Shown one piece after another: positions 1 through 6,703 of a stretch of DNA of 14,668 nucleotides. The number at the start of each line of letters is the position of its first letter. Positions within the stretch are counted from its first letter, which is position 1. The DNA comes from Thermovirgaceae bacterium (GTDB lineage Bacteria > Synergistota > Synergistia > Synergistales > Thermovirgaceae), in the NCBI GenBank assembly GCA_046542505.1, contig JBKHBH010000047.1, positions 1 through 14,668 of the forward strand, read 5' to 3'. Made by a program: the position numbers and the translations under genes. The notes beneath the pieces are model-generated. The model worked only from the letters and a program-made list of their open reading frames with translations, did not search any database and was not told where the DNA came from.

Positions 1-432
1 AAGGCGCGGGGCTTTACGCTTGTGGAACTGTTGATCGTCATCGTTATCATCGGCATTCTGGCGGGGTCCATGCTTCTGGTCTTTGGCAGTGCTACGGACA
101 AGGCCAAAGCGACACGAATTGTAAGTGACATGAGGAACCTTAAAGCAGCGGCGCTCATGTACTATGCAGATGAGAATTCTTGGCCCGCTGATTTTACGGC
201 TGTCGAAGACTACATGGACAGGACATCCAACACGGGACCAGAAGATGATATTACTTACGGCTTTAATGAGGGTGATACCAGTGAAGATTGCTTTGTGGAG
301 GCAACTGGCCTTGATGGTTATGACGGAATTGTAGAACGTTTAAATGGCATGAGAGAAGATAGTGGTATAAGTGGTGCAACGGATAGTGATACTGACGTTA
401 CAAACACAGCTTATATGACTGTTGCGAAATAA
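1..432 (+). CDS. pilA: Type IV pilin (prepilin, probable major pilin); start codon lies upstream of the window
   Basis: Frame 1 from base 1 reads KARG|FTLVELLIVIVIIGILAG, a class III signal peptide with a G|F cleavage site (10-15), E5 and a hydrophobic helix. It continues DKAKATRIVSDMRNLKAAALMYYAD and ends at TAA 430-432. It lies directly upstream of pilM. The ORF track start at 22 is internal (V4 of the mature pilin). Confidence 0.9.
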   Translation, partial: KARGFTLVELLIVIVIIGILAGSMLLVFGSATDKAKATRIVSDMRNLKAAALMYYADENSWPADFTAVEDYMDRTSNTGPEDDITYGFNEGDTSEDCFVEATGLDGYDGIVERLNGMREDSGISGATDSDTDVTNTAYMTVAK

Positions 433-475
433 CCCATTGCATTGGTTAGAGATTGCTTTGTGACGTTTGTTAAAA

Positions 476-506
476 CCAGGAAGCGGGGAATCTCCCCGCT
501 TCCTGG
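476..506. terminator. Perfect 14-bp hairpin between the pilin and pilM (terminator-like or mRNA-stabilising)
   Basis: CCAGGAAGCGGGGA (476-489), loop ATC, TCCCCGCTTCCTGG (493-506). It is flanked by A runs on both sides, so a downstream U tract exists only on the minus strand. Confidence 0.7.
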
Positions 507-569
507 GAAAAAATCGTTAAATACGAGATTCCTACTTTTTTGATATGAGAGTTTAAGGAGTTGACGCCG

Positions 570-1511
570 GTGGGGTTGTTCGGAAGGTCTGACAAAAAAG
601 CAGGACTCTCATTAAGTTCCGGCTCACTCCGGTATATCGAGCTCGAGGGGCGCGTGGGGGATCTGTCGGTGGCCCGAAGCGGCGAGGTGCCCATTGAAGG
701 CCAGGCCATAGACCAGGAGATGATTTCCGACGCCCGGAGCCTGGAGGACCACCTGATGACTCTCAAGAGCTTCATCGGAGGCAGCTGGGCCCATGGGGTG
801 GTCCTTGGCATGCCTTCACGGGAAGTCCTCATGCGCATCGTGGAGATGCCCGCCATGGAAAAGGAAGACGCCCGGGAGGCCCTCAAGTGGGACTTCGAGA
901 AATACTTTCCCTTTCCCTACGGCGAGGCTGTTTTCGACCTGTCCGTGGTGGACACGCCGGGCGAACCAGATGTGACCACCTCCCGTTTTCTCGTGGCTGC
1001 GGCGCGGCTCCGTGTGGTGGAAAACATACTCGAACTGGCCAAGCGGGTGGGACTCAAGATCGACGCCATTGAACCCCTCAACGTACCCCTCTACCGATGT
1101 GTCAAGGGGCCGGGCGAAAGCGGACCCCTGACGGGAACCATGGTGGTCTACGTGGGAAAGACAAGTTCCCAGATCATCGTGGGTTTCGGCGACAACGGCA
1201 TACTCTACAGGACGCTTCTGGTGGGCGGTGAGGGGCAGAAAGGAACCGAAGAGCCCTATTCGGCTGTCTCCCGGGAGGTATCCTCCACTTTTACCTACCT
1301 GGGGAGCCAGTTCAGGGAGCTCCGCGTCGACGAGGTGGTTCTTTGCGGCGATTACAGCGGAGAAAGGGAGCTCACCGAGAGCGTGGCGGGAGTCTCGGCC
1401 GCGCCGGTTCTGGTTTCCGACCCCTGGAACGCCTGGGGCATCAAGGGGGCGCCTGATGAACGAGCCGGCTGGGAGCCGACGGTGGGACTGGCTGTGAGGG
1501 ATCTTCTATGA
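570..1511 (+). CDS. pilM: Type IV pilus assembly protein PilM (actin/FtsA-like fold)
   Basis: AAGGAG (555-560) favours GTG at 570 (MGLFGRS...) over TTG 561. PilM-type segments: LMRIVEMPAM..EALKWDFEKYFPFP..EAVFD, FLVAAAR, GLKIDAIE, TVGLAVR. First gene of a translationally coupled pil operon. Confidence 0.88.
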   Translation: MGLFGRSDKKAGLSLSSGSLRYIELEGRVGDLSVARSGEVPIEGQAIDQEMISDARSLEDHLMTLKSFIGGSWAHGVVLGMPSREVLMRIVEMPAMEKEDAREALKWDFEKYFPFPYGEAVFDLSVVDTPGEPDVTTSRFLVAAARLRVVENILELAKRVGLKIDAIEPLNVPLYRCVKGPGESGPLTGTMVVYVGKTSSQIIVGFGDNGILYRTLLVGGEGQKGTEEPYSAVSREVSSTFTYLGSQFRELRVDEVVLCGDYSGERELTESVAGVSAAPVLVSDPWNAWGIKGAPDERAGWEPTVGLAVRDLL

Positions 1512-2098
1512 GAGTAAAGCTGGATCTCAGGCCGGCGCATTATGTAGAAACGGCACAAAAGCGGGTAGACTGGCCGCGCATCGTCGCGGCCGTGCTGGTG
1601 TTGTCCTTTCTTCTCGTCGCGGGGGTGACTTTTGGCTACGGGCTGATTGTAAGCCGGGCGATGAAGGCCGAACGAATCGACCTGCAAAACCGTATCGAAC
1701 AGCTGCAGCTTCAGAACATAAAGCTCGGGAAGGAACTCGACCGTCTCAAGGCGGTGGAGGAAGACTACCGGAGCGCCCTGGGACTTTTGCAGCAGGAACT
1801 TCCGTCCCTTGAGTTTCTGACGGGCCTCGAGCGGGCCCTGCCGCCCACGGTGTGGCTCGAGACCACGTCAGTGGGCAAGGGGAAAGTGTCCATGACGGGC
1901 AATGCCTTTACCGAAAACGATGTGGTCGACTTCGGCCGGTCCCTCATGGAGGCCGATGTGGTCGAGTCCGTAGGCTTTCCCGTCACGAGCCGCGTGACAC
2001 GGGAGGGAGAAAGCGTCATAAGTTTCAGTCTTGACGTGCAGATCAAAGACCTCATGGAGCTGCATGCCGAATCCAGGGGTGAGGAGGCGACGCCCTGA
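1508..2098 (+). CDS. pilN: Type IV pilus assembly protein PilN
   Basis: ATGA overlap with pilM. N-terminal VKLDLRP (INLLP-like), one TM helix, a coiled coil, then LERALPPTVWLETTSV..MTGNA, typical of the PilN domain. Confidence 0.88.
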   Translation: MRVKLDLRPAHYVETAQKRVDWPRIVAAVLVLSFLLVAGVTFGYGLIVSRAMKAERIDLQNRIEQLQLQNIKLGKELDRLKAVEEDYRSALGLLQQELPSLEFLTGLERALPPTVWLETTSVGKGKVSMTGNAFTENDVVDFGRSLMEADVVESVGFPVTSRVTREGESVISFSLDVQIKDLMELHAESRGEEATP

Positions 2099-2610
2099 TG
2101 AGACTTCCCAGAAAACGTGTCGTCCTGTCCCTTTTCCTGTTTCTTTTTTTCGTCCTTCTCGTGGGGGGCGAGGTTCTTTTTTCGAGGGAGATCATCAGGG
2201 AGCGAAGGAACATTGACGAGCTCCGGACCCGGGAGGCGATCATTGAAAGCGACGTCAGGGACAAGTCGCGCCTCATTCAGGCTTACAAGGACACCCTTGA
2301 CGCGATAGAAAGGTACGAGGTGAACCTTCCGGCAAACGAGGTGGCCTTTTTCTCCGCCGTGGAACGGGAGCTTGCCAAAAACGGCGTCCAGGTCAACAGC
2401 ATCAAGCCCGCCAAGGCGTCGAAGGGGGCACGGGGCGTCGAGGTGGATTTTGTCGGTCCCTATTACGCGGTGTTGAATGTCATGGCCGACTGGCGGAGCA
2501 TGGGCGTGGCTGTCAGGATGGCTTCCGTCTCCCTTGACCGTGACCAGCAGGAAGGGCTCGTGAAGGGAAAAGTGGTACTAGAGACAGTGCTTGCGGGAGA
2601 GGGGGCTTGA
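2098..2610 (+). CDS. pilO: Type IV pilus assembly protein PilO-like (PilO/GspM fold)
   Basis: TGATG overlap with pilN. N-terminal TM helix, coiled coil, LPANEV..ELAKNGVQVNSIKP, VDFVGPYYAVLNVMADW. Position after pilN. Confidence 0.75.
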   Translation: MRLPRKRVVLSLFLFLFFVLLVGGEVLFSREIIRERRNIDELRTREAIIESDVRDKSRLIQAYKDTLDAIERYEVNLPANEVAFFSAVERELAKNGVQVNSIKPAKASKGARGVEVDFVGPYYAVLNVMADWRSMGVAVRMASVSLDRDQQEGLVKGKVVLETVLAGEGA

Positions 2611-2612
2611 CC

Positions 2613-3215
2613 ATGGCTGCCCAGGACGGATGGTTTGCCACAGCAGGTGAGCTCTGGGACGACCTGGTTCACAGCGACAAGGTCCCGAGCCTCTTCAGGG
2701 TGCTTATCGTGCTTTTGCTTCTGGCCGCCACGATCTGGTCCGGATATCTCCTCAAGGAGATGGTGGAGCTTGTCAGGGAAGAAAAGGTCCCTCAGGTTCC
2801 CGCGAGTGGAAAAGTGGATGAGGAGATCGCCCGGCTCGACGGCGTGGTGGAAAGTTTTGAAAGCGCAGTTCTGGCCCGCTCCGGGAGCACGCAGCTTTCG
2901 GTTCTGGCGGCGACGATTTCCAGAAAGCCCTTTGTCCCCCCCCCTCCACCCCAGGAGGAGTCTTCTGCGGAGGATGCGGAAGCCCAGGCCGCGAGGGAGC
3001 CTGCGGAACCGCCGCCCTACGTTGAAGTCCGTGCAATTTTGGTCAAGGGACAGGATGCTGTGGCGGTGATCAATGTCGAGGGTGAAGGCAGCGGGATTGT
3101 CGTCAAAAAAGGAGCAACCTTTGGGAACGGCAAGGGACGGGTAGTCCGGATTACTGCAGAGAAGGTGGTGTTCACATGGGCCGGCCAGAACGTCGAATCG
3201 GCAATAAGTATGTAA
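2613..3215 (+). CDS. PilP/GspC-like bitopic pilus alignment protein
   Basis: Sits between pilO and pilQ. One TM helix (VLIVLLLLAATIWSGYLL), a Pro/Glu/Ala linker and a C-terminal beta domain (VRAILV..AVAVINV..IVVKKG..GRVVRITAEKVVF). Start is ATG 2613 (G-rich RBS upstream) or TTG 2607. Confidence 0.65.
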   Translation: MAAQDGWFATAGELWDDLVHSDKVPSLFRVLIVLLLLAATIWSGYLLKEMVELVREEKVPQVPASGKVDEEIARLDGVVESFESAVLARSGSTQLSVLAATISRKPFVPPPPPQEESSAEDAEAQAAREPAEPPPYVEVRAILVKGQDAVAVINVEGEGSGIVVKKGATFGNGKGRVVRITAEKVVFTWAGQNVESAISM

Positions 3216-4966
3216 CAAGAGGCGGCACCGTCGGCAGGATCGCGGGCCTGCTCGTTTTAGTTGCAGCGGCTTTTTTCATCGTAACCACAATACTCCCCGC
3301 GGGGAAGGCCTTCGGGGCATCAGAAAGGCCTGAAACCGGTCTTACGGAAACGGGGCCGACCATAAGCGGGATGACGGTCAACCAGGCGGGAGGCAGGCTG
3401 GCCGTAGTCGAACTCAGGGGGGCGGCTTTGCCGGCGCCGGAAATACTTGCCACCGACAGCGACAGGCTCGTCCTTTTGTTTGCCGACACCGTGCTGCCCT
3501 CAGGATACTGGGAGAAGGTCTACAACATCCCCCTGGTGAAAAAGGTCGAGCTCAGCCAGGAGCCTCAGGGGGTTAAAATGACAGTCCTTGGGAATATGAG
3601 GCTTCATTTGAAAAATGTTCTTGGGGAGGCTCCGGCCAACAGGCTGCAGCTTCATATCTCCGTTCCCTCCGAAGAACCGCAGGAACGTGTGATGGAGCAG
3701 GTAGACACTCATGGAGGGTCGAAACACGATCCCATGAGAATCACCGAACCTGTCTCGCTGGAACTTAGGGATTCGGACCTTCGGGACGTCTTCCGCATGC
3801 TCGGGGAAATGATGAACCTGAACGTCCTTGTCGACCCGTCGGTTCCTCCGGAACCGGTGACGATCACCTTGAAGGACGTACCTCTCAACGAGGCCTTCAG
3901 GTACCTTATGCGGATGTATGACGTCACCTACGCCGTCATGGGAAAGACGGTCATTTTCGGCAAGGAGGCGAACCTTGCGCGGACCTTGGGGACGCAGAAG
4001 ACGAAGTCCTTCCATGTGGCCTACGCCGACCCGGCACAGATTCCCGCCCTTCTCCAGGAAATCACGGGTGTGACGAACTACGTCGTGGATGAACGGCTCA
4101 GGACAGTTTACGTTACGGCCTCGGAGGCGAAGCTGTACGAGGTGGAGCAGACCCTTGACAGGATCGACCATCCGGGACGGCAGGTGTTGCTGCAGGCGCG
4201 GATCATCGAGGTTACCGATGACGGCCAGGATGAGGTCGAGGCACTGGTGAACGCCGTGTACGACGAGTGGTGGGCCGCCTTCGGGTCCTCCGGCGGCCGT
4301 ATCGGATACTATGATGACAATGTTAACAACGAAGACACGCCCTATGACCCCTCGGTAGACCCTGAGGATCGCTCGATTACGTTGCCGGGAGATCTCGAGT
4401 TCCCGGACATTTCGTCCGGTGCCTTGCGTGTTCTCGATGCCGGTCTTCGTGCACTGGAGACCGAGTCCCTGGCGAACGTCCTGGCGAGCCCCTCGGTGGT
4501 GACCGTAGACGGTATGCCGGCGGAAGTAAAGCTCACGCAGAATTTTATATACCAGTCGGGGCTGGACGATAACGGGAACCCACAGTTCGAAACGGAGGAA
4601 GCAGGGCCGACTCTTAGCTTTACGCCTACCATAGGACGCTCGGATATCGTTACCCTTGACCTGGATGTCGCCACGGGACAGATTCTCGAGTTCCGCCGGA
4701 GCGGCCAGTCCGAGGTCCCTGTCACGAGCACAAGGGATGTCACGACCACCCTCAGGGTGAGAAATGGCGAACCCTTTGTGGTGGGAGGCCTGTTCAGCGA
4801 ACAGAAAACCAGATCGGTGGCGAGGATCCCGATCATCAGCGAAATCCCCCTTCTGGGAGAACTGTTCAAGATCAGGAACGAAAGCACCACGAACACGGAA
4901 GTCGTCATCGTTGTGGTGCCTTACATCCTCGATGTTCCCACGGAACCCGTAAGGGCTTCAAACTGA
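3176..4966 (+). CDS. pilQ: Secretin PilQ (type II/IV secretion outer-membrane channel)
   Basis: Signal peptide, AMIN-like N-terminal region, N0/STN (VSLELRDSDLRDVF), N-domain (VVDERLRTVYV), secretin core (QVLLQARIIEV, VLASPSVVT, VRNGEPFVVGGL, IPIISEIPLLGELFK). ATG 3176 has an SD-like AAGGTGGTG upstream and overlaps the previous gene by 40 nt, so the exact start is uncertain. Confidence 0.92.
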   Translation: MGRPERRIGNKYVTRGGTVGRIAGLLVLVAAAFFIVTTILPAGKAFGASERPETGLTETGPTISGMTVNQAGGRLAVVELRGAALPAPEILATDSDRLVLLFADTVLPSGYWEKVYNIPLVKKVELSQEPQGVKMTVLGNMRLHLKNVLGEAPANRLQLHISVPSEEPQERVMEQVDTHGGSKHDPMRITEPVSLELRDSDLRDVFRMLGEMMNLNVLVDPSVPPEPVTITLKDVPLNEAFRYLMRMYDVTYAVMGKTVIFGKEANLARTLGTQKTKSFHVAYADPAQIPALLQEITGVTNYVVDERLRTVYVTASEAKLYEVEQTLDRIDHPGRQVLLQARIIEVTDDGQDEVEALVNAVYDEWWAAFGSSGGRIGYYDDNVNNEDTPYDPSVDPEDRSITLPGDLEFPDISSGALRVLDAGLRALETESLANVLASPSVVTVDGMPAEVKLTQNFIYQSGLDDNGNPQFETEEAGPTLSFTPTIGRSDIVTLDLDVATGQILEFRRSGQSEVPVTSTRDVTTTLRVRNGEPFVVGGLFSEQKTRSVARIPIISEIPLLGELFKIRNESTTNTEVVIVVVPYILDVPTEPVRASN

Positions 4967-4978
4967 GAGACAACCGTG

Positions 4979-5010
4979 CGGGCCGGGCCGAAAAACGCCC
5001 GGCCCGTTTT
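4979..5010 (+). terminator. Rho-independent terminator of the pil operon
   Basis: CGGGCCGGGC (4979-4988) pairs with GCCCGGCCCG (4997-5006), 8-nt loop, followed by TTTT, 12 nt after the pilQ stop. Confidence 0.8.
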
Positions 5011-5036
5011 CATGTCGGGCCTCTGTCGTGTAGAAT
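5007..5036 (+). promoter_or_regulatory. Putative sigma70 promoter for efp
   Basis: TTTTCA (5007-5012), 18-nt spacer, TAGAAT (5031-5036), located upstream of the GGGAGG RBS at 5061-5066. Confidence 0.5.
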
Positions 5037-5073
5037 ACACTTGTCATCCATGAAAAAATCGGGAGGATCGTAC

Positions 5074-5646
5074 ATGGCAACCGTTGTTGATACCGGCAGT
5101 TTTCATTCAGGCATGAAAATCCGATGGCAGGACGGAATCTGGGAAATCGTCGACTGCCAGCATCACAAGATGGGGCGCGGAGGCGCCATTGTCAGGACCA
5201 AGCTGAAAAACCTCGAGTCAGGGTCCATCATTGAAAACTCCTTCAGGTCCGGCGAGCGTTTCGAGCGGATCATCTTCGAGGAGAAGCCGGCGCAGTTCCT
5301 TTACCAGGAAGGCGAAAACTACGTCTTTATGGACATGGGAAACTACGACCAGATCTACATTCACAAGGACATTCTCGGCAACGCCGTTTCCTACCTGACG
5401 GATAACCTGGATGTAAACCTCGAGATGTACGAGGGACGGGTCATGGGGGTAGAGCTCCCCAAAAGCGTTGCCCTGACTGTCGTGGAAACACAGCCTGGAT
5501 ACAAGGGCGATACCGTCTCGGGCGGGGGCAAGCCCGCCACTCTCGAGACGGGGCTCTCCCTTTCTGTACCCATGTTTATCGAGGTGGGTGACATGATCCT
5601 GGTCGATACGAGAACCGACGAATATATCGAGAGGGCGAAACAATAG
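5074..5646 (+). CDS. efp: Translation elongation factor P
   Basis: GGGAGG RBS then ATG 5074. Motifs QHHKMGRGGAIVRTKLKNL, QFLY, YVFMD, PGYKGDT, KPATLETG, VPMFI, VDTR..YIER. Confidence 0.97.
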   Translation: MATVVDTGSFHSGMKIRWQDGIWEIVDCQHHKMGRGGAIVRTKLKNLESGSIIENSFRSGERFERIIFEEKPAQFLYQEGENYVFMDMGNYDQIYIHKDILGNAVSYLTDNLDVNLEMYEGRVMGVELPKSVALTVVETQPGYKGDTVSGGGKPATLETGLSLSVPMFIEVGDMILVDTRTDEYIERAKQ

Positions 5647-5660
5647 CCGGGGAGGTTGTC

Positions 5661-6062
5661 ATGAAGGCTAGGGAAAGGATAGCGTATCTGGACGGGCTTA
5701 TCGAGGGGTTGAGCCCAGAGGGAGAAGACCAAAGAAGAATCTACGAGGGGATCATCCAGGCTCTCAAGGCGCTTGCCGACGAGATCGACGAGCAGGCGGA
5801 AATCATCGACGAGCAACAGGATTTCATCGAGGAGATCTCCGACTACTGCGAACAGCTTGAGGCCGACATGAGCGAACTGGAGGAAACTCCGTGGGAATAT
5901 GAAGGCGATGAGGACGAGGCGGATTTCAGCTCCGTAACCTGCCCGGAATGTGGTCACGTCTTCTTTTTCGATCCAGAGGCCTACGAGGAGGGCGAATCCC
6001 TTGAATGCCCCGCATGCGGGTTTTGCATGACATGGCCAAAGGACGTGGCGGAACAACCGTGA
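5661..6062 (+). CDS. CD1247-like N-terminal domain protein with C-terminal zinc ribbon, function unknown
   Basis: GGGAGG RBS. ERIAYLDGLIEGL motif, acidic coiled coil, CPECG...CPACG Cys pairs. Same position after efp as in clostridial genomes. Confidence 0.8.
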   Translation: MKARERIAYLDGLIEGLSPEGEDQRRIYEGIIQALKALADEIDEQAEIIDEQQDFIEEISDYCEQLEADMSELEETPWEYEGDEDEADFSSVTCPECGHVFFFDPEAYEEGESLECPACGFCMTWPKDVAEQP

Positions 6063-6080
6063 AAGGAGGAGTACGTAAAG

Positions 6081-6641
6081 ATGAGTGCAGCCAAAAAGAA
6101 ACCTGAAGAAGAGAACATCGGCGAAGCGCAGCAGGACCAGGAATTCCCGGAAGTGGAAGAAAAGGTCGAGGTAAAAGACGGGGAAAAGTTTGAAGAGGTT
6201 TCCCCGGAGCCGGAGGAAAAAGCCGGCAACGAAATCGAGACCGCTGCGGGTACTGTCCGTATCGCCGAGGAAGTCATCGCCCAAATTGCGACACAGGCTC
6301 TTCTCAAGATCGAGGGCGTCCAGCCGGCAAACCCGGGACTTGTGGCAAACCTCAGGCTTGGGAAAAAGGCCTCCGGAGGCGTTCGTATAGCTATCGAAGA
6401 AGGCACACCGCCGGGGGTTTCTGTCGAGGCCTATGTCACCGTCCAGTACGGCCTCCGCATTCCCGATGTCGCGTGGGACGTTCAGGAATCTATCAAAAAG
6501 ACCCTTGAGCAATATACAGGGTACGTGGTCAAATCTGTGAACGTATATGTTCAGGGATTGTTTTTCGAACAGGAGCAGGTTGAAGAGAAGGGCGGACCAG
6601 AGGACCAGGAAATGGAAGCGGGAGAACCGGACCAGGGCTGA
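6081..6641 (+). CDS. Asp23/Gls24 family envelope stress response protein (YqhY-like)
   Basis: AAAGGAGG RBS. GTVRIAEEVIAQIA..IEGV..GVRI..VTVQYGLRIPDVAWDVQESIK..TGYVVKSVNVYVQG, with acidic extensions at both ends. Confidence 0.92.
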   Translation: MSAAKKKPEEENIGEAQQDQEFPEVEEKVEVKDGEKFEEVSPEPEEKAGNEIETAAGTVRIAEEVIAQIATQALLKIEGVQPANPGLVANLRLGKKASGGVRIAIEEGTPPGVSVEAYVTVQYGLRIPDVAWDVQESIKKTLEQYTGYVVKSVNVYVQGLFFEQEQVEEKGGPEDQEMEAGEPDQG

Positions 6642-6656
6642 TCCCGGGACATCTTT

Positions 6657-6689
6657 GGGCCGGTTCCCGGGGGACCGGCCCTTCTTTTT
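6657..6689 (+). terminator. Intrinsic terminator or attenuator after asp23
   Basis: GGGCCGGTTCC (6657-6667) pairs with GGGACCGGCCC (6671-6681, one G-U pair), followed by TTCTTTTT. Confidence 0.75.
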
Positions 6690-6703
6690 GCGGGGTGTTA
6701 CAG

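Noticed and set aside
443..456. Sigma54-like TGG...TTGC upstream of pilM
   Set aside because: GG and GC are separated by 9 nt, not the required 10.
459..474. CRP/Rex-like site TGTGA-N6-TTAAA upstream of pilM
   Set aside because: Only the left half-site matches well. A chance match is plausible in AT-rich intergenic DNA.
541..549. Extended -10-like TGATATGAG before pilM
   Set aside because: Lacks the highly conserved final T and has no supporting -35 element.
3217..3232. AAGAGG followed by in-frame GTC as a non-canonical pilQ start
   Set aside because: ATG 3176 has an adequate SD-like sequence, so there is no need to invoke a GTC start.
5391..6512. 373-aa minus-strand ORF, and similar antisense or alternate-frame ORFs (2463-3218, 3500-4171, 8887-9612, 10586-11350, 14183-14659)
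   Set aside because: They lie opposite well-supported + strand genes. Their composition reflects reverse-complement codon bias and they show no family motifs.
6639..6689. TGA followed by a hairpin as a SECIS or read-through signal, and ATCTTTG as a boxA
   Set aside because: The read-through frame gives a short meaningless peptide not in frame with the next gene. The boxA match covers only the short core.
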